NCBI RefSeq assembly: GCF_006345805.1
Contig: NC_043001.1
Coordinates: 127,286,001-127,350,000 of the forward strand
Direction: 5' to 3'
DNA: 64,000 nucleotides
Source: Octopus sinensis
Taxonomy: Eukaryota
Of this stretch, positions 11,524 through 23,839 are shown in pieces. Below the pieces are notes generated by a model. It worked only from the letters and a program-made list of their open reading frames with translations. It was not told the DNA's origin and made no database searches. The translations under genes were made by a program, and so were the position numbers. Every line of letters begins with the position of its first letter. The stretch's first letter is position 1.

Positions 11524-14222
11524 GTAAAATTTATAGGAAAACAAAAAACGAAGACAGATGTATGAACAACAAACAGGTGTATTAGTTTGACGCTCGGGAA
11601 AATGAAAAAGTCTTTTACGTTTCGAGCCTATGCTCTTCAACAGAAAGGAATAAGAGAAAATAAACAGAGAGAGAATGAAAAAAACTTGTATATTTAGCTG
11701 TCAATCATTGCGAATGATTATAAAAAAATTTGAAAGAAGAGGTTGAAAGAAAGGGAGATAATAAAGTGTTGGTGATCCCAAATGAAGATGCGCGTGCATG
11801 TTTGTGTATGTGAGAATGGTGTGTGTGAATGTGCAAGTGTGCGTGGGTGTAAACAGGGGCTAGTGACACTGACGTGTGAACGTGTGTGTGTGCGTCTGTA
11901 ACGTGTGTGTGTGTTGTATGTAGCATTTGAGGTGTGCTTTTTCACGTGGTGTGTGTATATGTGTGCGTGAGTGTGTCTGAGACCAAACAGTGTGTATATG
12001 TATGGTGTATATATGTGTGCGTAAGTTAACTTTGTCGATATATTTAGCGTGTGCTAAAGCGTATTGCGTGTGTATGTATATATAGCTTGTTCAAATGTTA
12101 TGTGCTTGTGTGGGTATGGGAGTATATTTTGTCTGTGTCCAGGTATTATGAGCTTGTGTGAGTGTAGGAGTATATATTGTCTGTGTCCAGGTATGGTGTG
12201 TGTACTGATTTACACAGCATGTGTGGCTGCTCATATAGTGGTATATGTGGGGACGCTATTGAAGATTATGTTTGGGTGTGCGGATGATGGTGTGTGGTGT
12301 TAGTGCTGGGAAATGGTCAGTGCTAGTGTATGAGGAGTGATGAGGGTCGGGGTGGGGTGGGGTGGTATGGTGGAGAGGGGTGTGGTGGAGAGGGGTGTGG
12401 TGGAGAGGGGTGTGGTGGAGAGGGGTGTGGTGGAGAGGGGTGTGGTGGAGGTGATGGTGTCTATGAAGAGAGGAGGTAGGTGTCAGATGAAGAGAGGAGC
12501 GGAGTTGAACCCATGTGGCGCAACAGAGAGAAGAGAGAAGATTAATTCCTGCTCACAGCGAAAGCGAGAGTCCGGACGGCCCCTGTTCAAAGACAGTCCG
12601 ACCACAGACAGATGTTGTAGTGAATGACCGGTAGAGCGGAAATGGCGTGAGACCGGGGTATCATTGCCAAGTCTGATGTCTCGGAGGTGTACTGCGAACC
12701 GGTCAGCTAAGCGGTGTCCCATTTGACCGATGTACAAGGAAGTGCAGAAAGAGCAGGAGATGACGTTATCAGAAGTGCAGGTAAAGGAGTCGATGATGTG
12801 AGAGGGACTATGATGGGTGCCTGTAAGAATATTAGTGTTGGAGAGGTTGGAGCAGGTACGAAAACGTGGGCGAGCAGGGTAACGAGCTAGGCTGATGAGG
12901 TGGAGTTAGGGAAGAAACTGTGGACAAGGAGGTCACGCAGGTTATAGGTTCGTTTGAAGGAGGGAGGGGGTAAGTTAGGGAAGATTGCGAGGTGAAAGGG
13001 TCGGACTGGAGTCACCGGAAGGCTTGGAGAATGATGCGTTGGAGGGGCAGGGTGGAAGGATGGTAGGTGAGGGAAAACAGACAACGGCGGCGGGTGCGGG
13101 GAGAAAGTGCAGAGGCACGGTCCACGGAACGTGCCTTGGCAAGGGCAGTGTGGATAGTGGTGAGAGGATACTAGCGCAGAATGAAGTGGTGAGACATGCG
13201 TTGAGACTGAATCTCAAAGTTATGGTTGTCACTGCAGAGCCGGCGCAGACGGAGAAATTGTGTGTAGGGGATGGAGAGTTTAGTGTGGGTAGGATGGGAG
13301 GAGGAGAAGTTAAGGTAGGAATGTGAGTCAGTGTGTTTTGTAGTGGATGGAGGTTGTGAGAGCGGAGTGATGTATATTGACAGAAATGTCGAGAAATTCG
13401 GAAGAGTTAGAAATAGTGCAGGAGAATTCGAAGGCAGGATGGAAGGATTGAACAAAAGAGAAGAAAGAGTCTAGTTATTCGCAGGAGAGTGAGGTCGTAC
13501 CGATACTGTCATCAATATAACGACTGTATAGTTAGGGAGTGGAATCCGTGAATTGCAAGAATATTTGGGCCTCAACGTAGCCAACGAACATATTCGCATA
13601 GTTGGGGCTCATTCTCGTTCCCATAGCAACTCCCGAGAATTGTCGGTAAAAATCCCCCACGAACGAGAAGCAGTTTGGCCAAACGAGGAAGTGTGGAGGT
13701 GTCAGGTTGGGGGTTAGGTCGAAGGTCTAGAAAGTGTTTCAGCGCAAGAAGTCCTTCGTTGTGTGGGATCGCCGTATATAAACTCTTGATATCAAGAGTG
13801 AAGAGAGGTTAGAAGGGCCAGAAGGGAAAGAGAAAGAGTTTAAAAGACGGAGAGCATGGTTAGTGTCATGGATGTGGGATAGAAACCACTAGGGTACAAG
13901 GACATGGTCGAGGTATTTAGAAATCAATTCCGTGGGGCAATTGCAGGCGGAGACGATAGGGCAGCCAGGGTTGTTGGGCTTCTGGATTTGGGTAAGGAAG
14001 TAAATGGGGGATGCATGGAGTGTGGACAATAAGGTTGGAGACGGTGGGAGGGAGATGGGAGGAGGAAATGAGGTCATGGATAGTGGAGGACACAGTCTGT
14101 TGGTAGTTAGGCGTGGGGTTGGAAGGCAGAGGACAATAGAAGGAGGTGCCGCGAAGTTGGCGGAGAACGTCAGCCTTGTAGAGGCCTGCGCGCCACACCA
14201 CCACGGCTCCACCTTTGTCGAC
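11430..14222 (-). mobile_element. 5'-truncated, decayed Penelope-like element (RT, GIY-YIG endonuclease, 3' pseudo-LTR region)
   Basis: DKGGAVVVW, NPGCPIVSACNCPTE, FTLDIKSLYTAIPHNEGL, HTDSHSYLNFSSSHP...IPYTQFLRLRRLCS, and GIY-YIG domain YIGQMG...RFAVH...EQELI...PHGFN (12483-12737). Confidence 0.95.
11581..11653 (-). ncRNA. Type I hammerhead ribozyme motif H1 in the PLE 3' end (A6U, probably inactive)
   Basis: UUU CUGUUGA A GAGC-AUAG-GCUC GAAA CGU...GCGU C AAA; helix III ACGU/GCGU; GUC triplet. Confidence 0.7.
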
Positions 14223-14385
14223 ATCGGGGACATCGATGGGCCTAAAACACGGCCGGATATGTCCCCGATATCTTTGCGACATCGGGGACATCGAAGGGCC
14301 TAAAACACGGCCGGAGAGATGCTAAAATGTCAGGGACGCCTGCGAAAGTTGAACCGGCCCACATATACATACATACATACATACA

Positions 14386-14419
<34 letters not shown>

Positions 14420-14425
14420 CATATC

Positions 14426-14461
<36 letters not shown>

Positions 14462-14671
14462 ATAAATATTAGGGAATAATCCAAACTTACAGGGAAAAAT
14501 CAGATTTAGGATTGAGTCCAATTTTATAGTAAAATATTATATTTATTAAAATTAGAGATAAAACCACTATTAGGCAAATCATACAATGAAAAACTTAAGC
14601 CAATACATAAGATTATTTAATTTATATTATTTAAATATATAACAAAATTATTAAAAAAATATAATTAATAT

Positions 14672-14740
14672 AACACTACGATCGTTTCATGGCTGTTAAT
14701 TTCTTTAAATTTTCGAGTTACAGTCATTCATCAGGTGGTT
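14672..14740 (-). ncRNA. Type I hammerhead H2, intact core
   Basis: CCAC CUGAUGA [AUGACUGU...ACAGCCAU helix II] GAAA CGAUCGU A / GUG; palindromic helix III ACGAUCGU; GUA site, cut between 14677 and 14676. Confidence 0.85.
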
Positions 14741-14762
14741 TAAATATTTAACTTGGCGATTA

Positions 14763-14832
14763 AACCACCTGATGAATGACTGTAACTCGAAAATTTAAAG
14801 AAATTAAAACAGCCATGAAACGATAGTAGTGT
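14763..14832 (+). ncRNA. Type I hammerhead H3 (mirror copy of H2)
   Basis: CUGAUGA at 14769-14775 and GAAA at 14817-14820; helix III ACGAUAGU has one mismatch. Confidence 0.75.
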
Positions 14833-15128
14833 TATATTAATTATATTTTTTTAATAATTTTGTTATATATTTAAATATATAAATTAAATAATCTTATGTA
14901 TTGGCTTCCTTAATTTAAATATAATATAAATCAAAGATAGAACAGAAATAACACAACAAACAGAAGCCATCACAACACAACATGCGGGGAAAAAAGGACG
15001 ATAGCACGACAACGCAAACCGGACAAAACAAGATACAAGATACACGGATCATTCGCAGCCAATTACCTCTTCGTCGGAGTCCGGATGTCTTAGTAGTTTC
15101 GCCCACTTATCTCCGATACGCTACTACT

Positions 15129-15201
<73 letters not shown>

Positions 15202-15346
15202 TTTATTGTGAGTTATGAATAAACTGAATTTTATTACTCAATTTGTAGAGTGCAGCCTCATAGAGATGCAATAAAAATTGCATTACTTTCTGACTCAACC
15301 TCGTATTATTATAGTAGACAAGTTACGGTAATTGAAAATCTTCATC

Positions 15347-15396
15347 GGATACTCCGATGAGGCTAGCAGACCGAAACTTGGCAGCAGTCACTGTCA
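15347..15396 (+). ncRNA. Type I hammerhead motif H4 (U4C core)
   Basis: GAUACU CCGAUGA GG-CUAGCAGA-CC GAAA CU-UGGCAGC-AGU C ACUGUC. Confidence 0.55.
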
Positions 15397-15422
15397 CCAT
15401 CCTTCTTGGAAAAAAGTATTAT

Positions 15423-15466
<44 letters not shown>

Positions 15467-15589
15467 ATATATATTATATATATTATATAAAATAGTTAAC
15501 AAGTCGTAATGTTTATGCTTGGTAGCTTGCCGGGGTAAAGCACGTCATTTTCACAGTGTTCGTTGTGTATTGACCATATATAGTATATA

Positions 15590-15822
15590 CCGGAGTAAAC
15601 ACATAAATGTGAAACAAGGTGGAAAAAAGAGTACTCAAATACCAGAGGTAGAGTAATATGCTTTATTTAAAAGCAGCAAAAATTTAACAAAATTGTTTCT
15701 CGGAGTTTCACGCTCCCGTTCGTCGGACAGTTTTGTTAAAAAAAACTGTCCGACGAACGGGAACGGGAACGGGAAACTCCGAGTAACAGCTTTTGTTAAA
15801 TTTCTGCTGCTTTTAAATAAAG
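15590..15822. mobile_element. Pseudo-LTR-like element family P with terminal inverted duplication (15661-15734 / 15742-15822) carrying hammerheads H5 (-) and H6 (+)
   Basis: H5: CUGU CCGACGA ACG-GGAG-CGU GAAA CUCCGAG. H6: CUGU CCGACGA...GAAA CUCCGAGU A ACAG. Same family as 17975-18250, in the opposite orientation. Confidence 0.75.
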
Positions 15823-16308
15823 TATATATACATATATATGAGTGCGTATAAAGAGAAAACATTAAATAGATTGAAAGTCAAAAAGACATTTAAAAACTTA
15901 CTTTTGCTATCGGTGATTTACTTGTTTTATAAGCCTGGAAGAGAAGTCACTTGTCCGGGAAAAGCGGTGTTTGATGGCTGTAGAGAAGGTGAGACTTCGA
16001 ACAAAGATCGAACAAACGTGCAAGTACAATTGAATATTGCTGCTTCTGTTGGGGGATTAAGTGTCTCCTTTTATAAAAAGTAAAAAAATAGCCTACCTAC
16101 ATATCTACCTGTCAGCATACGCCACGCAGTATCATGCAGGTTTTACTGTCGTAAATCAAAAGTATCACAACACATTCATTACCGCCAGCGACACCAAGAA
16201 CACCCCCACTACGAAGACAAGGAAATAAACAATAACTACACCCTCCACTGTCACTACCACCACCAGAACTACAAACATATGTTTCCAAAGATCAGGATAA
16301 ATTCCTGT

Positions 16309-16340
<32 letters not shown>

Positions 16341-16725
16341 GCAGGTAGAGACAGACAGACAGACAGGCAGGCGGAAGGGAGGGAAAGTGAGAAATTTTAG
16401 GGATAGTAGCTATGCTTGTTTGAAACTGTTGTTGTTGTTATTTAACCATAGGTTGGATTTGATTGAGAAGATCTATAATCGAAAACTTGTCATAAATGAC
16501 CATGTTGCCTGTTGTTTTCAGTTGTCAACTGTCCAATACTACATCATAGAAGGCAGCTTTAGCTGCAATAAAATCTATGGTGGCAGAGCATTATTTAATG
16601 TTAAATTTGACTGTTATTTCCAGCAAACCATGCGACAACGTAGAGGCTTTCTTGTTGGCTGGAAATGCAAAGGTCTTCGCACTTACCCTATAGAGAAATA
16701 CACACACAACACACGCACGCACACA

Positions 16726-16756
<31 letters not shown>

Positions 16757-16759
16757 GCG

Positions 16760-16814
<55 letters not shown>

Positions 16815-16816
<2 letters not shown>

Positions 16817-17018
16817 GAGGGCGTGCCGAAAAGTTTGCGAAAGGCCTGGTTGGAGGCCAAACCTTCCGAGTTCTTTTACAGGGCTTAGAAATGCTGAAGG
16901 GCCACTGCAATAAGTATGTGGATCTGAGAGGGAAATACGTTGAATAAAATCATAATTAACTGATCCTCCTGTATTTTCTTCTAGCCAAACCCAAGAACCT
17001 TCCAGTCATCCACTCGTA
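16815..17018 (-). mobile_element. Non-autonomous mariner-derived element
   Basis: Reverse complement of the 4027/59197 family. The + strand retains the mariner C-terminus GLEMLKGHCNKYVDLRGKYVE*. Confidence 0.75.
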
Positions 17019-17552
17019 TGTATGTGGGTAAGGTTTTAGTTGCCAATTTTGTAGAAGACATTGTAGATCTTTAGCTGGGCTAAAAAGTCACATTCGACCA
17101 CAGCACCAGTAACAGTTAAGCTTCGTGCAATGGCCATACTCGATAACGAGGGGGCAGCCATAATGTATGTATGTATGTATGTATGTATGTATGTATGTAT
17201 GTATGTATGTATGTAGTATGTATGTAAGGCAAATAAGAAAATGGAGGGGGTATAAAATATATATACACATCCAGCAATTCGTTTACTTGTACCACTTTAA
17301 CACGTTTATTATCATTTAATAAATAGATATAATGGAATGTTTACTGGCTGATGTTTGTTGATTTTATATCCCCTCCATTTTCTTATTTGCCTTATAAAAC
17401 CCGTGTAAATTTCCAATTTACCCTCACCCATACCTTGTATTCAATTGCAATATTGCCATGAAATAGTAAGCACTTTGTTAAAATACGTAGGTACACATCC
17501 AGTAGTATATTGGATATTTAATATCCTTTAGATGGTTTCTTAACCGCTAACT

Positions 17553-17593
<41 letters not shown>

Positions 17594-17646
17594 TTTGTTT
17601 TAGAAAAACGTAAAACAGAGAAAAAGCACTGGTGAAGGTCTGTTTA

Positions 17647-17707
17647 TAGGGTTTACCCTGAGTTTCTCGCCATAAAGAGTATCTTTATGTCGTATCATCT
17701 GACCCTA
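17647..17707 (-). ncRNA. Degenerate type I hammerhead H7
   Basis: UAGGGU CAGAUGA ..CG-A-CAUAAAG/CUUUAUG-G-CG.. GAAA CUCAGGGU A (A)ACCCUA; U4A substitution. Confidence 0.6.
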
Positions 17708-17974
17708 AGACTTGTTGGCCCATGGCCTCTTTAAAGTATGGAGGGGAAAACGGACAGGATATAAACATATAAACAGTGGGCGTTATCTCACTCTTCTGGT
17801 GGTCACCGGCTTCCGGCTAAGGCTTTCACCATAATTTAATTTTTCCTTATTGAATTGATAAAAGGTGTTTTTTTTTTTCTAATTTATATATATTATATAT
17901 ATATATTATATATATATTATATATATATATATATTATATATATATATATATATATACTTTATTTAAATATATAT

Positions 17975-18247
17975 ACTTTATTTAAAGCAGCAGAAAATTC
18001 AACAAAATCTGTCACCCTGAGTCTCTCGTTGCCGTTCATCAGACAGTTTTTGTTAGACCAAAAACTGTCTAACAAAAACTGTCTAACAAAAACTGTCAAA
18101 CAAAAACTGTCTGATGAACGGCAACGAGAAACTCAGAGTGACAAATTTTGTTGAATTTTCTGCTGCTTTAAATAAAGCATATTACTCTACCACTGGTATT
18201 TGAGTACTCTTTTTTAACACCTTGTTTCACATTTATGTGTTTACTCC

Positions 18248-18250
<3 letters not shown>
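17975..18250. mobile_element. Family P element with inverted duplication carrying hammerheads H8 (-, 18006-18048) and H9 (+, 18102-18150)
   Basis: H9: CUGU CUGAUGA ACG-GCAA-CGA GAAA CUCAGAGU G ACA (GUG triplet, not cleavable). H8 has GAGA instead of GAAA. Followed by aataaa and a tail ending in (TA)n. Confidence 0.8.
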
Positions 18251-18285
<35 letters not shown>

Positions 18286-19714
18286 GATAAGACTGAGGAA
18301 ATGGATTGGATTTTGATATACATTTACAGGAAGTGTAGAATATTGAGCTCGATAACGGCGAATCGGTAAATTCGTCAGAGGGTTGGATAAAAAGCCTTGG
18401 GTGTGTCTATTCTGAGTTTTAACTTCAAATCTTGTAGAGGGCTTCTTTACTTTTCGTCCTTTTTAGAATCGATAAATATGTTGGAATCCATGGCGAGCGT
18501 TTGGTAGAACTTTTAGATCATCGGACAGAATGGCTCGTGATGTCTGATCTGTCCTTTTGTGTGCGTTCTGGTAGCAATGCTTTTAATAACACTGGTACCA
18601 AACTGTATCGCCCCTAAAGTGGTAACATTTCCCTCGGAGAAAATCGGGAGCCGCGGAGAGAGGAGACATACCTGCATGTGCAACTGCCTGTATTTTATTT
18701 TTTTATAAAAGCTTGTCTTAGGCCTGCGCATACAAGTGTTGAGATATATGATCAACTCTGACCGATGGAATTCTTATTTCAATTGGATGCAAATCGAACA
18801 GCAAACGTTGAAGCATCACTCACGGAAATACTGCTTATAGAACCATCATGGTTAAGAAATGGTAGATAACAGGATTCCGAAAACCTTGTAGAAACTATTT
18901 TCACGCGGAAACAGGGCTGGTTATAGATTGGGGGACGTGAGTGTTAGAAGGCCGTACAATGTACTGATGTTTATTTTGCTTCTTGAATAGTAGTCTTGCA
19001 TGAGTAGCAGTGGTGAATAAAGGTCACCCATTTGGGGAGGGTAGGAAGGGTTTCTAAGAGTGAGGTTCAGCCGGTACATCGGTTCGGGGTTCAGAGGAAT
19101 ACTGAGTGGCCAGTAACTATCGGCTGGGTCTTACTCTAAAATAAATAAAAAAAAGATATGTATAGTTTTCTTGAATTTTGAGAGTCTCACTCTACGGCTC
19201 CAGAAGTTTTGTCCTGCATTTCCAAATTTCTATTGTAGGACTAGTTAATAAGCAACGTTCTTTGCCTATATAGCTTCCGCATAACTACGTGCGAGCAATT
19301 TTTAGATAATTGGAGCCATGAAGGGATAATGGGCTCTTTGAGGACTGTAGATGGAGATGCATTAGAAAATCGCTTTAGTGCTCTGATGGAAGGGTGAGGA
19401 ATGAAGTACAGCTGCAGCGTAAAACTAACGGCGCTCTGACATATCTGCTATACTGAAGATCAGATGCAGAGACTGTGGTGATTTGTTAGAGACTGAGTTG
19501 GTGGCAAGTTAGAGAGGGATCTGTGTATTGATTAGGGATGCATGTACAGGATGATAGCACATTGATATAGAATCATGCCTCCAGTAAAAGTGTATGAAAG
19601 TTTGCCTTTTCAGTTGTAATCTTGTTCGTACAACTCTGTATTAACATGCTATACAATATCTATTGTTGTAGTTCGGAAGTACCATTTCTGCGAATAAATT
19701 AAAACTGTTATGGC

Positions 19715-19910
19715 TGAATAGTTAGCACGCTGGACAAAATGCTTATCGACATTTCGCCCATCTTTACTGAGTTCAAATTCCGCCGAGGTCGACTTTGCGT
19801 TTCATCCTTTCGGGATCGATAAAATATGTACCAGTCTCGCACTGGGTTCGATGTGATCGACTAGCCCCCTAATAACCCAAAATTTCAGGCCTTGTGACTA
19901 TTGCAGAAAG
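19715..19910 (+). mobile_element. SINE family S3, diverged
   Basis: gagttcaaattccgccgaggtcgactttgcgtttcatcctttcgggatcgataa. Confidence 0.8.
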
Positions 19911-19954
19911 GAATAAATTAAAACTCTTTACCGACTGTTATTAGTATACTTCGT

Positions 19955-20334
19955 GGAGGCGCAATGGCCCAGTGGTTAGGGCAGCGGACTCGCGGTCGTA
20001 GGATCGCGGTTTCGATTCCCAGACCGGGCGTTGTGAGTGTTTATTGAGCGAAAACACCTAAAGCTCCACGAGGCTCCGGCAGGGATGGTGGTGATCCCTG
20101 CTGTACTCTTTCACCACAACTTTCTCTCACTCTTACTTCCTGTTTCTGTTGTACCTGTATTTCAAAGGGCCGGCCTTGTCACTCTCTGTGTCACGCTGAA
20201 TATCCCCGAGAACTACGTTAAGGGTACACGTGTCTGTGGAGTGCTCAGCCACTTACACGTTAATTTCACGAGCAGGCTGTTCCGTTGATCGGTTCAACCG
20301 GAACCCTCATCGTCGTAACCGACGGAGTGCTTCC
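19955..20334 (+). mobile_element. SINE family S1, tail type A, with TSD
   Basis: Full copy; agtatacttc duplicated on both flanks. Confidence 0.95.
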
Positions 20335-20879
20335 CCAGTATACTTCATTCCTCGTCTGCGACCTATGCCTTTACTTATTTCTAAAACACAGTTTCCAAGG
20401 AATTTGTGAATCAAAATCTTTGTTAACATCCAATATCACAATTTCACTCCTTACACGCAAATGTAGCCGATGCATTCTCTATAATTTCAGTTATTCTCTT
20501 ACTGCTGTCGGTTGCTGAACTGTAGTCATACTGCTAAACACGCACACACATTCATTTAAACACACACACACACACACACAACCGCCAAACTTCCACTATG
20601 TTGTTTTCAATCAAATTTCACTAACAATTTTTGATTGATTCGATGAGACGATAGAAAACACTTGCCCAAATTGCCACCAGTGAGACTGAACTCGAGATCC
20701 AACAATTACGAAGTAAACTGTTCGTTCAGATAGGCTGCATCGTTTTGGTTAATGTTATTTATTTATTTATTTATTTATTCTAATTGATATCAGGCCCTGA
20801 CTTGGGAAGAATCACATGAAGAAGAATGTAACTCTACTATAACAACTTCTATAGCAAGAGTGAAAAAAAAAAAGGGTAA

Positions 20880-21205
20880 AGACACCCTTCGGTTATGAAT
20901 GATCATAGGATTGCACCTTGAAAATTCCCTTCCGAGGGCAAGGTTGTTTATGGAAGGTCAATAGTCCCCCATGCATGCCAGTCTCCTCTCTCCACACCAC
21001 TGATGTTATCCAAAGGAAAGGCAAAGGCCGATACAGTTTGGCACCAGTGACGTCGCAACTCATTTCTACAGCTGAGTGAACTGGAACAACGTGAAACAAA
21101 GTGTCTTGCTCAAGAGTACAACACACTGCCTGGTCCGGGAATCGAACTCACTATCTAACGAGTGTGAGCCCGATGCTCTACCCACTGAGCCATGGGCCTT
21201 CACAT
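20880..21205 (-). mobile_element. SINE family S4
   Basis: Reverse complement of the 40776 copy. Confidence 0.9.
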
Positions 21206-22299
21206 AGGCAAGAGTAAGAGAAACAGTAATGTGGTTACTGATTCAGTGTTCTCTCTTTATAAAGTGTTCTCTCTAAACTAAACTTTAGTTTAGAAAATTC
21301 CTTCACTAAATACGTTATATATTTTCTTTTAACGATTTACTGGGTTGTTGATAATCTGTTTGGTACCTGTTAAACAGGCGAAAGATAAATCTATTCCTGG
21401 ATAGAATACTTGACTAACACATGAAACATTTCGTAGTAGAGGAATTGAACTTAGACCTGCAAACCAACAGGTCACTTGGTAATTTTTACTATCATGCTAC
21501 TGTCCGTTATGAAAAATTACACCATGATATAGTACCTATTTTCAGCTACGTAAACTGGGCTGTTGTGAGTTGAGTGTCTCGTCTATAGAAATAATGCAGT
21601 CGTAGTGACAAGTCATAAACGGTTGATTTATCAGGTTATTTAACAAGCTGCTGACTTTTTCGCCAGTTGTCTATCCCGTTGTATTTCTTTAGCGTACTTA
21701 AATAAATTAGATTTGGGAAATAAATTGCATGCGACGTCATGTCTTCAATGCGAATATTGAATTACAATGGAAAAAAAAAGTAACATGTGTTTAAAAAGAA
21801 TTAACTTTATGTATCTTATGTTAAGCTGAAATAGTGTTAGAAGGCTATTATCGTAATTAGCAAAACTAATAATCATAGCTGTTTGGTCAAGAAGTTCGCT
21901 TCACGAATATTTGGTCCCTATTTCGATCCTACGACTCGGCACCCAAGACCACCGTATCTTATCGTAAAGGAGAATATACATCGTTGATGGAGTTTATAAT
22001 GCAAAGACATTTACGTTCCTGTTGCTTTTTCATCACAATTCCATCGCTTAAATAAGAATATTAAACTATCGATGAAGTTAATTTTTAATTTCTAGAAGAG
22101 ATCTCCCTAATTTCTTTGAGATACGCTAGGGTTTTATTTCCTTTCCCCAACTAAAAGGCAAATTTCTGTTCATTACGGATTTTGTTCTTTCGCGTCATTC
22201 GGTTAGATAAACATTTCTCTGAAATATTCTGCCATAACTTCAGCCTACCCATTGCTTTGTATGTGGAAAGAGATAGGCAGAAACTGTGAAGAAGCTGAT

Positions 22300-22417
<118 letters not shown>

Positions 22418-22419
22418 TA

Positions 22420-22745
22420 CAAAATGGGACAAGAACGCAAAACATCCGGACAACTAGGTGATACAAAAAGGGGAAAACAAAACATCTAGAAAGACGATAC
22501 AAAAAAGAAAACAAGGACGGGTCATTCGAAGTTTTCTATCTTCAGTCAAGAACCAGATTATCCTCGCAATTTCGGCTGATTATTCTTGAGATTGCTCCAA
22601 TCTGGCCACCCCCAAGGAAAAACTAAGCTAAGAGCATTAGATTCCTTGGAAGAAAGCAGCGAATGTATACAAAAACAAGGACGGAAAAAACGGACAGTGT
22701 TACACAAATATATTTGTGTAACATTGTCCGTTTTTTCCGTCCTTG
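22420..22745 (-). mobile_element. Pseudo-LTR-like repeat family X with terminal inversion (palindrome centred near 22710)
   Basis: Same family as 29400-29580 and 32700-33000; contains CUGAAGA...GAAUGACCCGUC. Confidence 0.7.
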
Positions 22746-23371
22746 TGTAACACTGTATTGTATCTATGTTTTTACGAAAGTATGTATGCAGCGTCGCGTG
22801 TATATGACAACTGTATTAATGTTACCATCCCATTACCACCGCTGTTCTTGTCTTCACTGATATAAGTCACCCTTCACTCTGTTACTACCTTTCCCTCAGA
22901 TTAATACTTTTTGCAGCCTTCTCATTTTGTCATATAGTTCGCCCAACGCCCCTGGAGGCAAACCTGGATTAACCCATTAAGCAAAATAAGCACGTGCTTA
23001 GGGCATCAAGGGACTGGGGTACCACAGAATTGAAAATGGTTTACGCACGAAAGAAATCACTCTAAGCTTGCTAAAATAATATTCATAATGCCTTATCTCT
23101 ACTAAGTGTAGAAGCAGAAGTCTTACGTAAAATTAATTTGAACGATATCATCGAACACCTTGCAATTAAAAAACATTATTTTATGGTTTATTATATTTTA
23201 CATTTTGAACCATTTACATATACTTGAGGGCAGCAAAACCTTTTAAGTGTTTAGGGGCTCTATGGATCTTAATCCGGCCCTGCCTGGTGGCTGGTGGGCA
23301 TATTATAGATTTTTATTGAAATCCAATTAGCCTATTATTGAACTGGATGTTAGTGTAACATGTATGCAAAG

Positions 23372-23465
<94 letters not shown>

Positions 23466-23839
23466 TGTATGTATGTACGTATGTATGTATGTATGTATGT
23501 TTGTATGTATGTATATGCATGTATGTGTGTGTGTGTGTGTGTGTGTTATACATACGTATGTATGTATCTCATATTTTACTGGAATTTTCTTATTATCATT
23601 TAATAAATAGATATAATGGAATGTTTGTTGATTTTATATCCTCTCCATTTTCTTATTTGCATATAAATCCTGGATAAATTTCCAATTTACCCCCACCCAT
23701 ATTCACTTGCAATATTGCCATGCAATAGTAAGCGCTCGTGTGTATATGTGTGTGTGTGTGTTTATTTCTCTATAGGGTAAGTGCGAAAACCTCTCCATTC
23801 ACCAGCTAACAAGAAAGCCTCTACGCTGTCGCATGTATC

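Larger units (their letters stand above)
14597..14907. repeat. Near-perfect inverted repeat, arms about 147 bp, spacer about 16 nt
   Basis: 14597-14743 is the reverse complement of 14760-14907 with few mismatches. Confidence 0.95.

Noticed and set aside
15902-16067. Minus-strand segment with a plausible acceptor and a GTAAGT donor
   Set aside because: Stops in all three frames; could only be a non-coding or stop-containing exon, with no further support.
18480-19620. Unique-looking, moderately GC-rich sequence with short open frames
   Set aside because: All frames are interrupted and no motif is recognisable; probably an ancient repeat.
19955-20030. tRNA-like sequences at SINE heads
   Set aside because: Each continues into a SINE body and lacks a full cloverleaf, so they are not called tRNA genes.
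20037-20288. Recurrent peptides such as MFIERKHLKLHEAP, MSSNARGTNT and PQGAKHREDKQGQT
   Set aside because: Chance ORFs inside multicopy SINEs.
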